64,000 nt of DNA from Blastocatellia bacterium (GTDB lineage Bacteria; Acidobacteriota; Blastocatellia; UBA7656): the NCBI GenBank assembly GCA_963765495.1, contig CAVXWP010000001.1, positions 480,001 to 544,000 on the forward strand, read 5' to 3'. How positions within the stretch are numbered: the first letter of the stretch is position 1; each line of letters starts with the position of its first letter. Shown here piece by piece: positions 19,200 to 28,947 of the stretch. The notes beneath the pieces were generated by a model. It did not search any database and had not been told where the DNA came from. It worked only from the letters and a program-made list of their open reading frames with translations. A program made the translations under genes and the position numbers.

Positions 19200-19685
19200 A
19201 TGGGCAAGGTTCAAAAGATCGTGGAATACGGAGGGCTGCGCCGCTTTGGCGTTTCGATGGAAGATGAACTGCTTGAGCAGTTCGACAAGTTGATCGAGCG
19301 CAAAGGCTATGATACGCGATCCGAGGCAATCCGGGACCTGGCGCGCAATGCGCTTTCCGAAGAGGTCTTAACCGATGAATCGGCAGATGCCGTGGCGACT
19401 ATTTCACTGGTCTATAACCATCACGTACGCGACCTCACATCAAAGCTCACCCGGTTTCAGCATAAAGCGCTGGATATGATCGTCTCCACGCTCCACATCC
19501 ACCTTGACGCGCATAATTGTCTTGAAGTGTTGATCGTGCGCGGCCCTTACGGGCGGGTGCGCGAACTGGCCGAATCTTTAATAAGCGTCAAGGGGGTGAA
19601 GCACGGCAAATTCGTCACCGCGATGGCGGAAACCGAGACTCACAAACACAAAGCCCATTCACACTCGCACAAACATGAGCATTGA
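19200..19685 (+). CDS. nikR: Nickel-responsive transcriptional regulator NikR
   Basis: RHH domain (RFGVSM...RSEAIRDL), [17 protein letters not shown], His-rich tail; AAAGGAG RBS. Confidence 0.95.
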   Translation: MGKVQKIVEYGGLRRFGVSMEDELLEQFDKLIERKGYDTRSEAIRDLARNALSEEVLTDESADAVATISLVYNHHVRDLTSKLTRFQHKALDMIVSTLHIHLDAHNCLEVLIVRGPYGRVRELAESLISVKGVKHGKFVTAMAETETHKHKAHSHSHKHEH

Positions 19686-19743
19686 TTATCTTTGACCCGG
19701 ACACCCCTTCGATCTTTAGATTCGCGCGCTAAAGGAGATCATA

Positions 19744-22113
19744 ATGCCCTGCACATGTCGCAAGGCTTCAAGAATCGGCTCTCTGCTGCTTATCACTTTT
19801 CTGGCAGTCATTGCCGCTCAGGCCCAGGCGGTCGCCACTCGCACTCTTTCAGGCGCAGTCGTAACCGATAGAAACGAATCGGTCGCCGGAGCCGAAGTGG
19901 TTGCCCGATACAATTCGGGAGAGACGCGTGTGACGACCGATGCGGATGGTAATTTTCAGATAGCGGTTCCTGAGGGGCCGATTGAGCTTACGGTTGAGGG
20001 GAAGAACATCGAGCCGGTGAAGAGGACAATCGGGTCTGGTGAGATGATTGAAAATCTCAGGATTGCAATCAAATACGTGGTACCCGCGGTCCACGAAAGC
20101 GTGGTCATTCAGGGTGAGGGGCTCGACCCGACCATTGACCAGCGCAATGATGCGATCTATAAAAATACGCTTTTCGGACGCGATGATCAGCTTGTCCAGA
20201 CGCTCAACGCAGGAATCAACGCGGGCCAGCACGAAGGCGGCGGCAAGTCGCTTGAGATACGCCGCTTTGGTTACAACCTCGATCACGGCGGGGTGAACGG
20301 CGGGCTAAAGGTGCTTGTGGACGATGTGCAGCAGAATCAGGGAACGCAGGGGCACGGGCAGGGGTATCTCGGCCAGTTGAAAAGCCTGAGTCCCGAACTG
20401 GTCGAAGATGTAGAGATACGGAACGGGCCTTTCAGTGCGCAGTACGGCGATTTTTCCGGTCTCGGAGTCGTTCACATCCGTTTGAGGGAATCTTTCCCCG
20501 ATCAGATCACCGCGCGCTTGCAGGGAGGGTCATTCAACTCTCGTCGCGCATTTGCGGCCTACAGCCCCGTTTTGAAAAATGCCAGAGCGTTTATCGCCTA
20601 CGATTACTCCTATACGGACGGGCCGTTCCTCAATCCCGGTCGATACCGTAGAGACAACGTGACGGGAAACTATACGCAGCTGCTCGGCGAAGATCAGGCG
20701 CTCGGATTCAAATTGAATACCGGAGGCAATGATTTTTTCTCTTCGGGCCAGATACCGCTCGATCTTGTGACGGCGGGAGAGCTTGATCGCTTTGGTTTTA
20801 TTGATCCCTTCAACGGCGGGCGCGTAAAGACGGGCATCTTCAGCGCCTATTACAAGAAGGATATAAAGTCGGGCGGCGCTTTGAAGGTAGACGGTTTTCT
20901 TGGACGGTCTTTGTTCGATCTTTTTTCAAACTTTACTTTCTTCCTGAACGATCCCGTATACGGCGACGAGATCGACCAGCACGATTCTCGTCTTCAGCAA
21001 GGAGTCAACCTGCAATATCTTCGCCCGTACAAACTCTTCGGAGGGCAGGCGCTTCTGACGGCGGGCGGTAATGTGCTGGCCAATCAAATCCTTGTGGGGC
21101 TCTACCCGTCGGTCGGTCGCAACCCGAACAGGCTTGAGTTGAATCGGGCGCTCGGTATTGAAAACCAGAATGTTTTGCTGACCCGAGCGCGTGCCAGTGT
21201 GACCAACACAGGCGCATATGTGCAACAGGGAATAAATTTCATGGACGGCCATCTGCATCTGGAAGGAGGGCTGCGCTATGATTATTTCCATTTCGGCTTG
21301 AATGACGGAGTCAATGAAATGCCGACCGAAAGAATGATCTTTTCGGGGACCGACGGCGCGGGGCGTTTAGAGCCAAAGGCAGCCATAGCTTATACGGTGT
21401 CGCATCGAGCGCCTCTGACTTTCTACCTCAACTATGGTCGGGGCATTAACAGTCAGGATGCGCGCGGGGTGGTTCAGGATTCTTCCGGCCCGAGGATCGC
21501 TACGACCGATTTCTATCAGGCGAGCGTAGCCTACATCAGCAGAAGGGTCTCGTTCAGCACGGATTATTTTCTCATAGACCATTCCAACGAACAGGTTTAC
21601 ATACCCGATGACGGGAGCTTCGAATTTCAGGGGCCGAGCCGCTCGACCGGGTATGAAGTCAAGCTAGCCGCAGAATTTGTGCATAACCTGACTTTCAGCG
21701 GCGGGCTCACGCAGGTGACCCAGGCTTTTTTTCGAGGCACGTTCCCGAGGGTTTATGTTGATAGCTCGCCGCACACGGTTGCCAACGCGAGGCTGACTTA
21801 TTCCGGTCTTCGCGGATTTTATGGAACGCTGGCCTATCGCCACACGGGCAACTATCGGCTGGACGGAGAAGATGCCGGTATTCGAGCATCGGGGCTTGAT
21901 GTGCTCGACATCAGTCTGAAGCAGCGCATCCGGGCGTGGGTGGATTTTAACTTTTCGATTGATAATCTCACCGATAAACTATTCTTCGAGACGCAGAACT
22001 ACTTCGATTCGCGTGTGCGTCCCGATGCTCCTGTCATCGCCCGTATTCACGCCACTCCGGGATATTCGCGGGGTGTGACGGTGGGGCTGACATTTCACAT
22101 TTTTGGAAAATAG
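19744..22113 (+). CDS. TonB-dependent receptor (probable Ni/Co uptake)
   Basis: Signal peptide, carboxypeptidase-regulatory-like N-domain, plug with QHEGGGK and GHGQGY, C-terminal NLTD...VGLTF; in an operon with nikR and cbiMQO. Confidence 0.88.
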   Translation: MPCTCRKASRIGSLLLITFLAVIAAQAQAVATRTLSGAVVTDRNESVAGAEVVARYNSGETRVTTDADGNFQIAVPEGPIELTVEGKNIEPVKRTIGSGEMIENLRIAIKYVVPAVHESVVIQGEGLDPTIDQRNDAIYKNTLFGRDDQLVQTLNAGINAGQHEGGGKSLEIRRFGYNLDHGGVNGGLKVLVDDVQQNQGTQGHGQGYLGQLKSLSPELVEDVEIRNGPFSAQYGDFSGLGVVHIRLRESFPDQITARLQGGSFNSRRAFAAYSPVLKNARAFIAYDYSYTDGPFLNPGRYRRDNVTGNYTQLLGEDQALGFKLNTGGNDFFSSGQIPLDLVTAGELDRFGFIDPFNGGRVKTGIFSAYYKKDIKSGGALKVDGFLGRSLFDLFSNFTFFLNDPVYGDEIDQHDSRLQQGVNLQYLRPYKLFGGQALLTAGGNVLANQILVGLYPSVGRNPNRLELNRALGIENQNVLLTRARASVTNTGAYVQQGINFMDGHLHLEGGLRYDYFHFGLNDGVNEMPTERMIFSGTDGAGRLEPKAAIAYTVSHRAPLTFYLNYGRGINSQDARGVVQDSSGPRIATTDFYQASVAYISRRVSFSTDYFLIDHSNEQVYIPDDGSFEFQGPSRSTGYEVKLAAEFVHNLTFSGGLTQVTQAFFRGTFPRVYVDSSPHTVANARLTYSGLRGFYGTLAYRHTGNYRLDGEDAGIRASGLDVLDISLKQRIRAWVDFNFSIDNLTDKLFFETQNYFDSRVRPDAPVIARIHATPGYSRGVTVGLTFHIFGK

Positions 22114-22141
22114 ATGATAAAGCAGACGGCAGGAGACTGGT

Positions 22142-23269
22142 ATGCATATTCCTGACGGGCTTCTCAGCCCCTCGACTTGCGCGGTGCTTTATACAGCCGC
22201 CGCACCTTTCTGGTATGTTGCGCTCCGGCGAATCAAGCGGCTGTTGAACACGCGGATGGTCCCGCTGTTATCCGTCTTTGCGGCCTTTTCGTTTGTGATA
22301 ATGATGTTCAATCTGCCGCTGCCGGGCGGCACTACGGGCCACGCGGTCGGCGTAGGCATCGCAAGCATCGTGCTTGGTCCGTGGGGTTCGATGCTTGCCA
22401 TCTCGGTGGCGTTATTGATTCAGGCTGTCTTTTTCGGCGACGGCGGCATCACGGCTCTCGGGGCCAATTGTTTCAACATGGCCGTTGTCGGCTCGCTTGT
22501 GGCTTACGGCGTCTACCGCACCATAGCCGCCGGGTCTGCGATCCACTCTGCGAGGCGAGTCATAGCCGCCGCGCTTGCCGGTTATGCCTCAATCAATGTA
22601 GCCGCGCTTATTGCGGCCATCGAGTTTGGCATTCAACCGATGCTTTTTAGAAATGCTTCGGGCGCGCCGCTCTACGCGCCCTATCCTCTCAGCGTAGCCG
22701 TCCCGGCGATGATGATAGGCCATCTGACATTTGCGGGACTGGCCGAACTTATCATCACAGGCGGCGTTGTGGCCTACTTGCAGCAGAGCGATCCTTCGTT
22801 GTTGAAGATGACCGCCCCGTCCGCATTCGCCTCATTGCAGAAAGGGCAGGGAATCGAGCGAAAATCGGGCTGGCAAACCACGCGCCCGCTATGGGTAGGT
22901 CTGGCCCTGCTGATGATACTCACACCATTAGGATTGCTGGCAGCGGGCACGGCATGGGGCGAGTGGGGAGCCGGAGATTTCACCGATCCGGTCGCACGCC
23001 AACAGATAGCGGCGGCTTCCGGCAATCAAGCGCCGCCCGCTCAGCCGCCCGAAGGAATGCTTCGCCTCTCTTCTATCTGGACCGCTCCGATGTCGGATTA
23101 TGCGCCTCCATTTATGCGGAGCGCGGCGTTCGGTTATATCATGTCGGCCCTGGTCGGAACGGGGCTTATAGTTCTGCTTTTCCTGCTGATCGGCTTGGTC
23201 ACGCGCAAGGCTGTCAGACGCCCCGAAGCAGAGGATGAGAGATCAAACGATGATTCGGGAACCAGTTGA
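22142..23269 (+). CDS. cbiM: Ni/Co ECF transporter S component CbiM/NikM fused to a NikN-like (PDGLE-type) domain
   Basis: N-terminal MHIPDG, PGGTTGH, FFGDGG; C-terminal GTAWGEW...APMSDY. Confidence 0.9.
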   Translation: MHIPDGLLSPSTCAVLYTAAAPFWYVALRRIKRLLNTRMVPLLSVFAAFSFVIMMFNLPLPGGTTGHAVGVGIASIVLGPWGSMLAISVALLIQAVFFGDGGITALGANCFNMAVVGSLVAYGVYRTIAAGSAIHSARRVIAAALAGYASINVAALIAAIEFGIQPMLFRNASGAPLYAPYPLSVAVPAMMIGHLTFAGLAELIITGGVVAYLQQSDPSLLKMTAPSAFASLQKGQGIERKSGWQTTRPLWVGLALLMILTPLGLLAAGTAWGEWGAGDFTDPVARQQIAAASGNQAPPAQPPEGMLRLSSIWTAPMSDYAPPFMRSAAFGYIMSALVGTGLIVLLFLLIGLVTRKAVRRPEAEDERSNDDSGTS

Positions 23270-24137
23270 AGAGACGGCAACATCAAACCGGGCAGCTTCT
23301 GTAAAGCCTTTGCGGCGCAAACGGCGCAGGAGTTTTATAGAGCGCACGATTACGCATCTGTTCAATGCCGTTGAGCATTCGCTCTACGCCGAAGAGATTG
23401 CGCGAGCCGACGGATTGCTACAGCGGCTCGATCCTCGCGTGAAGGTAATCGGGTTGACCGCTCTCATCATAGCCGCCGCCACGGCTCACAAAATATCAAT
23501 CATCCTTCTGCTGTTTGCCGTTGGGACGGCGCTCGCTCTTTTTTCGCGAGTCTCCTTCCGCACGCTTGCGACACGTGTGTGGGCGAGCGCCCTGCTCTTT
23601 ACGGGATTGATCGCGCTGCCCGCGATTTTTATCACTCCCGGTCGCGTCGTCTATCGCCTGCCGTTTGTCGAATTGCCGGTCACGGCTCAGGGCCTTACGA
23701 GCGCCGCCTATCTGATCTCAAGGGTAGAGACGGCGGCCACTTTTTCGATCCTGCTGATCCTGTGCACACCGTGGAGCCATGTGCTCAAGGCGCTCAGAGT
23801 CTTGCGCGTGCCCGTGCTGCTCGTCGTGATTTTAGGCATGACGTATCGGTACATTTTTTTGATGCTCCAGATTGCGCGCGATATGTTTGAATCGCGGCAG
23901 AGCCGTCTGGTAGGCAATTTGCCCCCCTCTCAACAAAGACGCATTGCCGCCGCAAGCGTGGGCGTATTGTTAAGCAAGAGCCTTCTACTGAGCGGCGAGG
24001 TTCACATGGCGATGCTTGCTCGCGGCTTTCGCGGCGAGGTTTATACGCTCGACGATTTCAAAATGCGCGCGCGTGATTTTGTGGCGCTCGCCTTATTCTC
24101 TGCGGTTGCAGTTGCGGCCTTCTGGTTTGGGCGATAA
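23250..24137 (+). CDS. cbiQ: Ni/Co ECF transporter T component
   Basis: LDPRVK, MTYRYIF, AMLARGF. The start is uncertain (23235 or 23250). Confidence 0.9.
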   Translation: MIREPVEETATSNRAASVKPLRRKRRRSFIERTITHLFNAVEHSLYAEEIARADGLLQRLDPRVKVIGLTALIIAAATAHKISIILLLFAVGTALALFSRVSFRTLATRVWASALLFTGLIALPAIFITPGRVVYRLPFVELPVTAQGLTSAAYLISRVETAATFSILLILCTPWSHVLKALRVLRVPVLLVVILGMTYRYIFLMLQIARDMFESRQSRLVGNLPPSQQRRIAAASVGVLLSKSLLLSGEVHMAMLARGFRGEVYTLDDFKMRARDFVALALFSAVAVAAFWFGR

Positions 24138-24157
24138 AGGATAAAGGGTAAAGTTCA

Positions 24158-24976
24158 ATGGAGCTTATGCGAGTTGATACGATTTTCGATATTCAGGATG
24201 TGACTTACAATTACAACGATGTGACGGCGCTCGACCGGATAAGTCTCAGGATCGAATCCGGCAAGCGGATAGTCCTGCTGGGCGCAAACGGATCAGGCAA
24301 ATCGACGCTGCTCAGAATACTCGACGGATTGTATTTCCCAAGCGGCGGTCGCGTTTCGGCCTTTGGCGAGCCGTTGACCGAAGAAAGCTTCGAGGATGAG
24401 GGCTTCGCATTAGGCTTCAGGCGGCGCGTAGGGCTTGTCTTTCAGAACCCTGATGTTCAACTCTTTAATCCAACCGTATTTGACGAAATCGCCTTTGGGC
24501 CGCTTCAACTCGGCTGGTCAAAACAGCAGGTCAGAGAGCGGGTTGCCGGGGCGCTTGAAGAGATGGATATTACTCATCTGAAAGACCGTCCGCCGCATCG
24601 GCTTTCAGGCGGCGAGAAGAAACGCGTGGCGCTCGCCTCGGTGATAGTGCTCGACCCCGATGTATTGTTGCTGGATGAGCCTACGGCGGCGCTTGATCCA
24701 AAGAGTCAGGGGCAGGTCATAGATTTACTTGTAGGCTGGCGCAGCGGACGAAAGACCGTTGTGACGGCGACTCACGATCTGGATACTGTTGAAGACATCG
24801 CGGATCATTGTTTCATATTCCAAAACGGGCGCGTCGTAGCCGAAGGTCCGCCCGACGCTATCCTTCACGACGAAGCATTGCTCAAACGCACCAACCTGCT
24901 CCATGCCCATCGCCACGTGCACCCATCCGGCAAGATTCATTCTCACCCGCACCTGCACCACAACCACGAACATTAA
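24158..24976 (+). CDS. cbiO: Ni/Co ECF transporter ATPase
   Basis: GANGSGKST, FQNPDVQLF, LSGGEKKR, LLLDEP; His-rich C-terminus. Confidence 0.92.
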   Translation: MELMRVDTIFDIQDVTYNYNDVTALDRISLRIESGKRIVLLGANGSGKSTLLRILDGLYFPSGGRVSAFGEPLTEESFEDEGFALGFRRRVGLVFQNPDVQLFNPTVFDEIAFGPLQLGWSKQQVRERVAGALEEMDITHLKDRPPHRLSGGEKKRVALASVIVLDPDVLLLDEPTAALDPKSQGQVIDLLVGWRSGRKTVVTATHDLDTVEDIADHCFIFQNGRVVAEGPPDAILHDEALLKRTNLLHAHRHVHPSGKIHSHPHLHHNHEH

Positions 24977-25005
24977 TAACTAAAATTTTGGGCGAAAGCT
25001 GAACA

Positions 25006-25091
25006 AAATAGACCACGGATCAACTCGGATTAGCTCAAATAGAATCAGATCCGCGTAAATCCGTCCGATCCGTGTCATCCGTGGCCTATTT
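25006..25091. repeat. MITE/REP-like element, family B
   Basis: AAATAGACCACGGAT...ATCCGTGGCCTATTT between convergent genes. Confidence 0.85.
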
Positions 25092-25132
25092 CTATTTCCT
25101 CACGCTACATCTTAAGGAAACCCAGAACGCGG

Positions 25133-25681
25133 TCAGGCCTTCTGGAAATCGGTTGTCAGGGCGTAGGTGCCCCAGTGCAGGGTGAACCTTCCGCCGTTGC
25201 CCTGCTTTGTCAGATTGATCGTCATCAACTCGACCGAGTCGTCAGTCTTCTCCATCGCCAGAGGCGCTTCGGCCACGTGCGATTTGTCTTCGTCGCTGAT
25301 TATCAACTGCCAGTTGTCTTTATCGACGCGCTTCGCCGTCAGCACGTACTTTCCTTTTGGAACGGTCTTATCGCCGAATTTCAAATCTACATCAGTCGTG
25401 AGGGTTGTAGCCGAATTGGCTCCCATTCGCCATTCATCACCCGGGCTCAATAACCCCATAATGTCTCGCCCCTTCAAGGCAGGGCGTCCGTAATCAACAG
25501 ATACTTTTCCTCCATCCAGATCCAGAACAGCCTCGCCGCGATCCGGGTTTGCCGTCGCGCTGCTTTCGGACCGGCCCGCGGTGTTGCCCGTCGCGTTGCT
25601 GTTGGCCGCAGTGCCTCGGGCGGCGCAAGCCATCGTCGCGAATAAAATCGCAAAGGCTGTGATCAAATACATCTTTCTCAT
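25133..25681 (-). CDS. DUF2911 family lipoprotein
   Basis: Lipobox-like TMAC; VDYGRPALKGR, WRMGANSAT, VPKGKY. Confidence 0.82.
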   Translation of the reverse strand: MRKMYLITAFAILFATMACAARGTAANSNATGNTAGRSESSATANPDRGEAVLDLDGGKVSVDYGRPALKGRDIMGLLSPGDEWRMGANSATTLTTDVDLKFGDKTVPKGKYVLTAKRVDKDNWQLIISDEDKSHVAEAPLAMEKTDDSVELMTINLTKQGNGGRFTLHWGTYALTTDFQKA

Positions 25682-25815
25682 CAATTAATCTCCTTCGAAT
25701 TAGATAAAGCCCTTCATCAAGGAAGTAGCCGATTGGTAAATCCCTCTGACCACCGAAATGTTTTCGGCGCGAATATTATTCTAAACGTCGGGAAGCGTTT
25801 TCAGAAGCTCTCGCT

Positions 25816-28122
25816 TCAAAAATGGAATCGCACCGAACCGGACAGGAAACGCGGCGGCGAAAACTGCACCGGAGTAAATTCGCTCTCTTTCGCTATTCGA
25901 TAAACCCTGTCGGAGGCGTTCTCCACATTGAATTGCAGGCTCACTTTGTTGCGTTCCTTGCGGAAAAGGTCGATCCCGAAATAGAAGTTTGACACGAAAT
26001 GATCGGGCAATCGCACAAGCGACGGCTCGCCTAAAGAGTTCGGCAACTCGGCCGGGGTGCCGCTCCCGTATTCGAAGGCGGCGCTGGCCCAGAATCCGCT
26101 TCTGTGCTCGCGCCAGGTCAGCCCCGCTACCGCCGTGTGAATCTGATCGAAGGCCGCCGGGTTGCGCTCGCCCGGCTCTACGTTTTCAACCGTGAATCCG
26201 CCCGCGACCGGGCCTGTCTGGAAGGCGCGTTGTGCCGTGTAGCTGAAATAGCCCGAGAGCCCGAGAGGCTTGATTTCAGCAAGTTGAGAGGAGAGTTCTA
26301 TGCCGTAGGCTTTACCGCGCGCAAAAGAAGTGGGCGCAAAGATGCGAACGTTTGCAAGTTCTGAGGTCTCGAAGGTGTTTTTGTCCGAGCGCCAGTAGGC
26401 GGTCATTCGAATCACCAGTTTATCGCGCACGGATCGGTTCACCCCTGCTTCAAAGTGATTGCTGCGAGCTATCCTCGGCGGCTGTCCTTCAAATCCGAGC
26501 GCCGCCGAAAGCAACAGGTCTTCAATCGGCGGCGGCGAAAAAAAGCGGTTATAGGCGAAGTGCAAAACGGTTCGCCCGCCGTCAAGCGCATAGGCGAGAT
26601 TGATTCGAGGGCTTAAGGCGTGGCCGCTCGTCACAAGGCTGTATTGATCGTAACGCACTCCTAAATTGGCAGTGAGGTTTTTCAAAAGCGTTATCTTGTC
26701 TTGAAAATAAAGGCTGGCCTGGCCTCCGGTCTTGCGCCCGCGAAAATTAAAAGGCTCGATCTCTTCTTCCCCTGCGTCGCGCGGGTCGAGGAAAAAATCT
26801 TCTCTCAATCTGAGTTGCACAAGGTCCAGCCCCATCTTTATCGAGTGACGCGAGCCTCGATAAATCGAATAATCGCTTTTAGCACCAACCGTCACATCCT
26901 GGCGCAGCCCGCCTGCCTGAATCGAGAAGGGGTCGGTTGTAGGAAGCAGCCGCGCGCTCGCAAACCGTTCGTAGAGCGATGATGTGAGGACCGAAGAGGT
27001 CGAAAAAATATGGGTCCAGGAAAGCGCGGCGGTCTGCTCGCGATTGCGCGCAAAGAAATCTCGCCCGCGCAATTCATCCTCGGTAGTATTGGGCAGTTCG
27101 AGATTCGTCCCGTCTCCGCTCAGCAATAACTTGAAGTTGTCGGCGGCGCGCGGCCTGTAATCGAATTGCGTGAACAAGTGCGATCCTTTGCCCCTGTCGT
27201 GAAAACGGCGCTCTTCGGGCGTGTTCAGGAAACGGTCGCTTTGAATCCCCTGGGCGTACAGAAAATAGCCGAATCTCTCAGTATGTCCGCCGTAATCCAC
27301 CTCGGCCGTGTCTCGTAGATAGTTGCCTGCGCTCAGGCTCAGGCTGCCGTGATCATTTGCATCGAATCCGTTGCGAGTCACTATGTCGAGTATGCCGCCG
27401 AATCGGTTTCCGAACTCAGCCGGGAAACCTCCTGTGATGACATTGACCGATTGTATTATGCCGGGCGCAAGCCCCGGCGTGAATAACTGGTGCGGGTTGT
27501 CAAAAAAGGAGACGCCGTTGATAAAAGTATTTAGCGAAAGCTCATTGCCGCGCAGATGAACAAGGTTGTCGTGACCCGCAACGGCGCTCGAAACAAACGG
27601 TGTAATGATGTCTGTCAATTGGGCGCGCCTCGCCTCGGGCAGAATATCTATCTGCTCGCGGTCGAGAGCGGTCGCGGTCGCGGCTTCCGTCTCGTCAATC
27701 AGCCTGTCTCGGGCCTGGACAGCCACCTGTTCCTGAATTGATGCGGCGGGCGTTAATTGAAAATCTATCTCCTGTAAAGCGCGCGGCCCAAGCGTTATCG
27801 TGGTCTTCTCGGTATAGAATGTATCGGCCGATGCGCTCACGCTATAACGCCCGGGGCTGAGGTTCGCAAACGAAAATCGCCCCTCATTATCGGTCGTCAA
27901 TGTCAGATCAAGGTCCAACAAATCGCTTTCAAGTTTCACAGATGCCGATGCGAGTATATGCCCGGTGTTTTTGGCAGTAACTGTTCCGCTTATTCTCTGC
28001 TGTGCCAGGACCGGCGAACCGAGCAAGAGCAGCCATAACGCAATAGTTCCGATTCTTTTGCCCGCGCTGCCGCGCGAATGCCGGTTGAGGGGAATGCTCA
28101 TATCAAATAAATAGTTCTTCAT
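25816..28122 (-). CDS. TonB-dependent receptor
   Basis: ATG 28122 with a GGAGGT RBS; carboxypeptidase-regulatory-like domain, plug (HLRGNE, ITGGFPAEFGNRFGG), C-terminal Phe. Confidence 0.9.
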   Translation of the reverse strand: MKNYLFDMSIPLNRHSRGSAGKRIGTIALWLLLLGSPVLAQQRISGTVTAKNTGHILASASVKLESDLLDLDLTLTTDNEGRFSFANLSPGRYSVSASADTFYTEKTTITLGPRALQEIDFQLTPAASIQEQVAVQARDRLIDETEAATATALDREQIDILPEARRAQLTDIITPFVSSAVAGHDNLVHLRGNELSLNTFINGVSFFDNPHQLFTPGLAPGIIQSVNVITGGFPAEFGNRFGGILDIVTRNGFDANDHGSLSLSAGNYLRDTAEVDYGGHTERFGYFLYAQGIQSDRFLNTPEERRFHDRGKGSHLFTQFDYRPRAADNFKLLLSGDGTNLELPNTTEDELRGRDFFARNREQTAALSWTHIFSTSSVLTSSLYERFASARLLPTTDPFSIQAGGLRQDVTVGAKSDYSIYRGSRHSIKMGLDLVQLRLREDFFLDPRDAGEEEIEPFNFRGRKTGGQASLYFQDKITLLKNLTANLGVRYDQYSLVTSGHALSPRINLAYALDGGRTVLHFAYNRFFSPPPIEDLLLSAALGFEGQPPRIARSNHFEAGVNRSVRDKLVIRMTAYWRSDKNTFETSELANVRIFAPTSFARGKAYGIELSSQLAEIKPLGLSGYFSYTAQRAFQTGPVAGGFTVENVEPGERNPAAFDQIHTAVAGLTWREHRSGFWASAAFEYGSGTPAELPNSLGEPSLVRLPDHFVSNFYFGIDLFRKERNKVSLQFNVENASDRVYRIAKESEFTPVQFSPPRFLSGSVRFHF

Positions 28123-28270
28123 TGCCTGCACCTCCATATGCACAACTCGATCAAAAACAGAGCCGTGCAAAACTCCTACAGGTTTTATAAAAAAAGGCAG
28201 CGACGAGATGATTGCCGACCACACTTGTCGGGCAAGCGACGAGAGGCGGCAACCGGGTTGCCTGCGAGGA

Positions 28271-28708
28271 TCAAGCTATTAAATTGGCAGGAAACCGAGG
28301 AGGAGCGCGCGGAGAAGAAGGGCGCGACCATACAGAATCAGACGTGATGATAAAACGATCCGTTCTGTCGGCAGCGGAGCAGGATATGTCCAGGGCATAA
28401 CTCGCTGTGTGATCGCCATCGCGCAAATTCAAGAAGGTTGCCGCCTGTGGTGTGACACATCCTTCGGGGCAACTCGGCAGCAGACTTGTGGCGGCTATCT
28501 TATCGCGACCGTCCTCCGACTGGCCTTTTACAAAAGGCAGGTGCGGCGTGCAGCAGCAATGGCCTTCTGTGACGCAACAGGCCATCGAGCAGACATTCGG
28601 CGAAGGCAGTATCAGATCAACCGAAGCAGCGATCCATCCGAGCGCAATCGCAAGTAAGACGCACGCTGCGCGAAGCTTCAGGAATCGCTTTTGCCAGGTT
28701 GCTTTCAC
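28271..28708 (-). CDS. Cys-rich leader protein with C-terminal RAPP motif (DUF2946/CruR-like candidate)
   Basis: N-terminal hydrophobic segment, CSMACC...HCCC, CPEGC, and SPRAPP eight residues before the stop; directly upstream of the TBDR. Confidence 0.72.
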   Translation of the reverse strand: MKATWQKRFLKLRAACVLLAIALGWIAASVDLILPSPNVCSMACCVTEGHCCCTPHLPFVKGQSEDGRDKIAATSLLPSCPEGCVTPQAATFLNLRDGDHTASYALDISCSAADRTDRFIITSDSVWSRPSSPRAPPRFPANLIA

Positions 28709-28849
28709 GGTGTTATTGCTCTTTCAATTTCGGATTACCCGAGTCTATTTCAATCCCGGCTTAAAATCAAATGATTATAAACATTACAAAGCGCCGGGCT
28801 CTCAGGGACAGGTCAATTCAATCTGCCAAAATGTTTAAAGGAAAATGGG

Positions 28850-28877
28850 AATAGGCCGCGTCCGTCCCGGCCTATTT
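28850..28877. repeat. Internally deleted family B element
   Basis: AATAGGCCGCGTCCGTCCCGGCCTATTT: both ends kept, interior lost. Confidence 0.75.
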
Positions 28878-28947
28878 CAACTCGCCTTTCGCACAAATTA
28901 CCCTTTAATACTGATGCCGCCTGCTGCCCGTAAAATAAAAACTAGAT

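Noticed and set aside
19030-22141. Cobalamin or NiCo riboswitch ahead of the TBDR/cbiM genes
   Set aside because: No B12-box was seen, the spacers are short, and the NikR operator accounts for regulation.
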